From Octopus bimaculoides (taxonomy: Eukaryota), in contig NC_068982.1 in assembly GCF_001194135.2 (NCBI RefSeq), forward strand, positions 51,522,987 through 51,586,986: DNA of 64,000 nt, written 5' to 3'. Under the pieces are notes generated by a model. The model saw only the letters and a program-made list of their open reading frames with translations. It was not told where the DNA came from and ran no database searches. Positions 63,391 to 64,000 of the stretch are shown piece by piece. The position numbers and the translations under genes were made by a program. The number at the start of each line of letters is the position of its first letter. Within the stretch, counting starts at the first letter, position 1.

Positions 63391-63492
63391 AAAAAAAAAC
63401 AACCCTAAAAGCTAAAGCTATGTTCATGAAGAGCTTTATTATTTAACGTATGTAGATTTAACCCTCAAGGAATTATGACCTAGAACTGTGAC

Positions 63493-63645
63493 TTCATTCC
63501 ATTTGCAATGGCATACTTGTGGGAATCTGGGTTCAGTTCTCTTCTTTCAATCAAGACAAAACCTAGGAATTGTCTGAATCCACATACAGGTCTGCAGGTT
63601 GCAGTCTGCAAGGAAGTTCCAGCTTTTGATAAAGCTGGGAATTAG
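63493..63645 (+). pseudogene. hAT (Charlie/Buster/ZBED-type) transposase C-terminal fragment
   Basis: FIPFAMAYLWESGFSSLLSIKTKPRNCLNPHTGLQVAVCKEVPAFDK matches the hAT dimerisation-domain pattern (PFATTYLCESGFS.L..IKTK.RNRL). Confidence 0.85.
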
Positions 63646-63929
63646 AGGCAGAAACAAAGAAGTTCTTGAATTTTATGTTTAGATTTTGTAATTGATAATA
63701 CAGTTTAGTTTTCTTTTCCCTAATTGCTTAATTTACATTAGAATTTTTATGCACATATCTAAAAGTTTATTGTTTTTAGTTCAGTTTGTTTACTCACAGA
63801 ATTATATTTGGTTTAATTTTCAAAATGAAATTAATTATTACAAAGTTGACTTTTCATATGTAGTATTGCCACTGTATGGACAGCAAAGATTAAATGAAAC
63901 ATTTCCTAGGAGTACTGGACATACAGAAG

Positions 63930-64000
63930 GTATGGCAGTGTGATTAAGAAGCTTGATTTGCAACCTCATGGTTTCAGGTTCAATTCTATTGTGCAACACT
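63930..64000 (+). mobile_element. SINE family A head, running off the window end
   Basis: Reads GGTATGGCAGTGTGATTAAGAAGCTTG...CAGGTTCAATTC. Confidence 0.8.

Overview
AT-rich eukaryotic genomic DNA with four assembly gaps. The repeat families look like those of a coleoid cephalopod, most likely Octopus; this is an inference from remembered consensus motifs, not from a search. I recognise no intact long protein-coding gene, and no CRISPR array, rRNA or intact tRNA. Most ORF-track entries are microsatellite, gap or transposon artefacts. The window is mainly transposon debris: dozens of tRNA-type SINE copies from several modular families, RTE and L2/CR1-type LINE fragments, a full-length but dead mariner transposase, a roughly 2.9-kb Helitron relic, a hAT transposase tail, and many MITEs (piggyBac-type TTAA, Charlie/hAT-type, Tigger-type, mariner-type). 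The most notable structures are four: (1) a non-autonomous LTR retroelement at 9169-11051 with a tRNA-Trp primer site, a GTAA target duplication and a 5' LTR missing both TATA box and poly(A) signal; (2) a full-length U6 pseudogene fused directly to the head of a SINE; (3) a roughly 600-bp fold-back minisatellite next to a Helentron-type element; (4) a roughly 105-bp palindromic mini-mariner. Several short + strand segments have good splice sites, which suggests the window may be mostly intron of a + strand transcript. That gene model is low confidence and its product is unrecognised.
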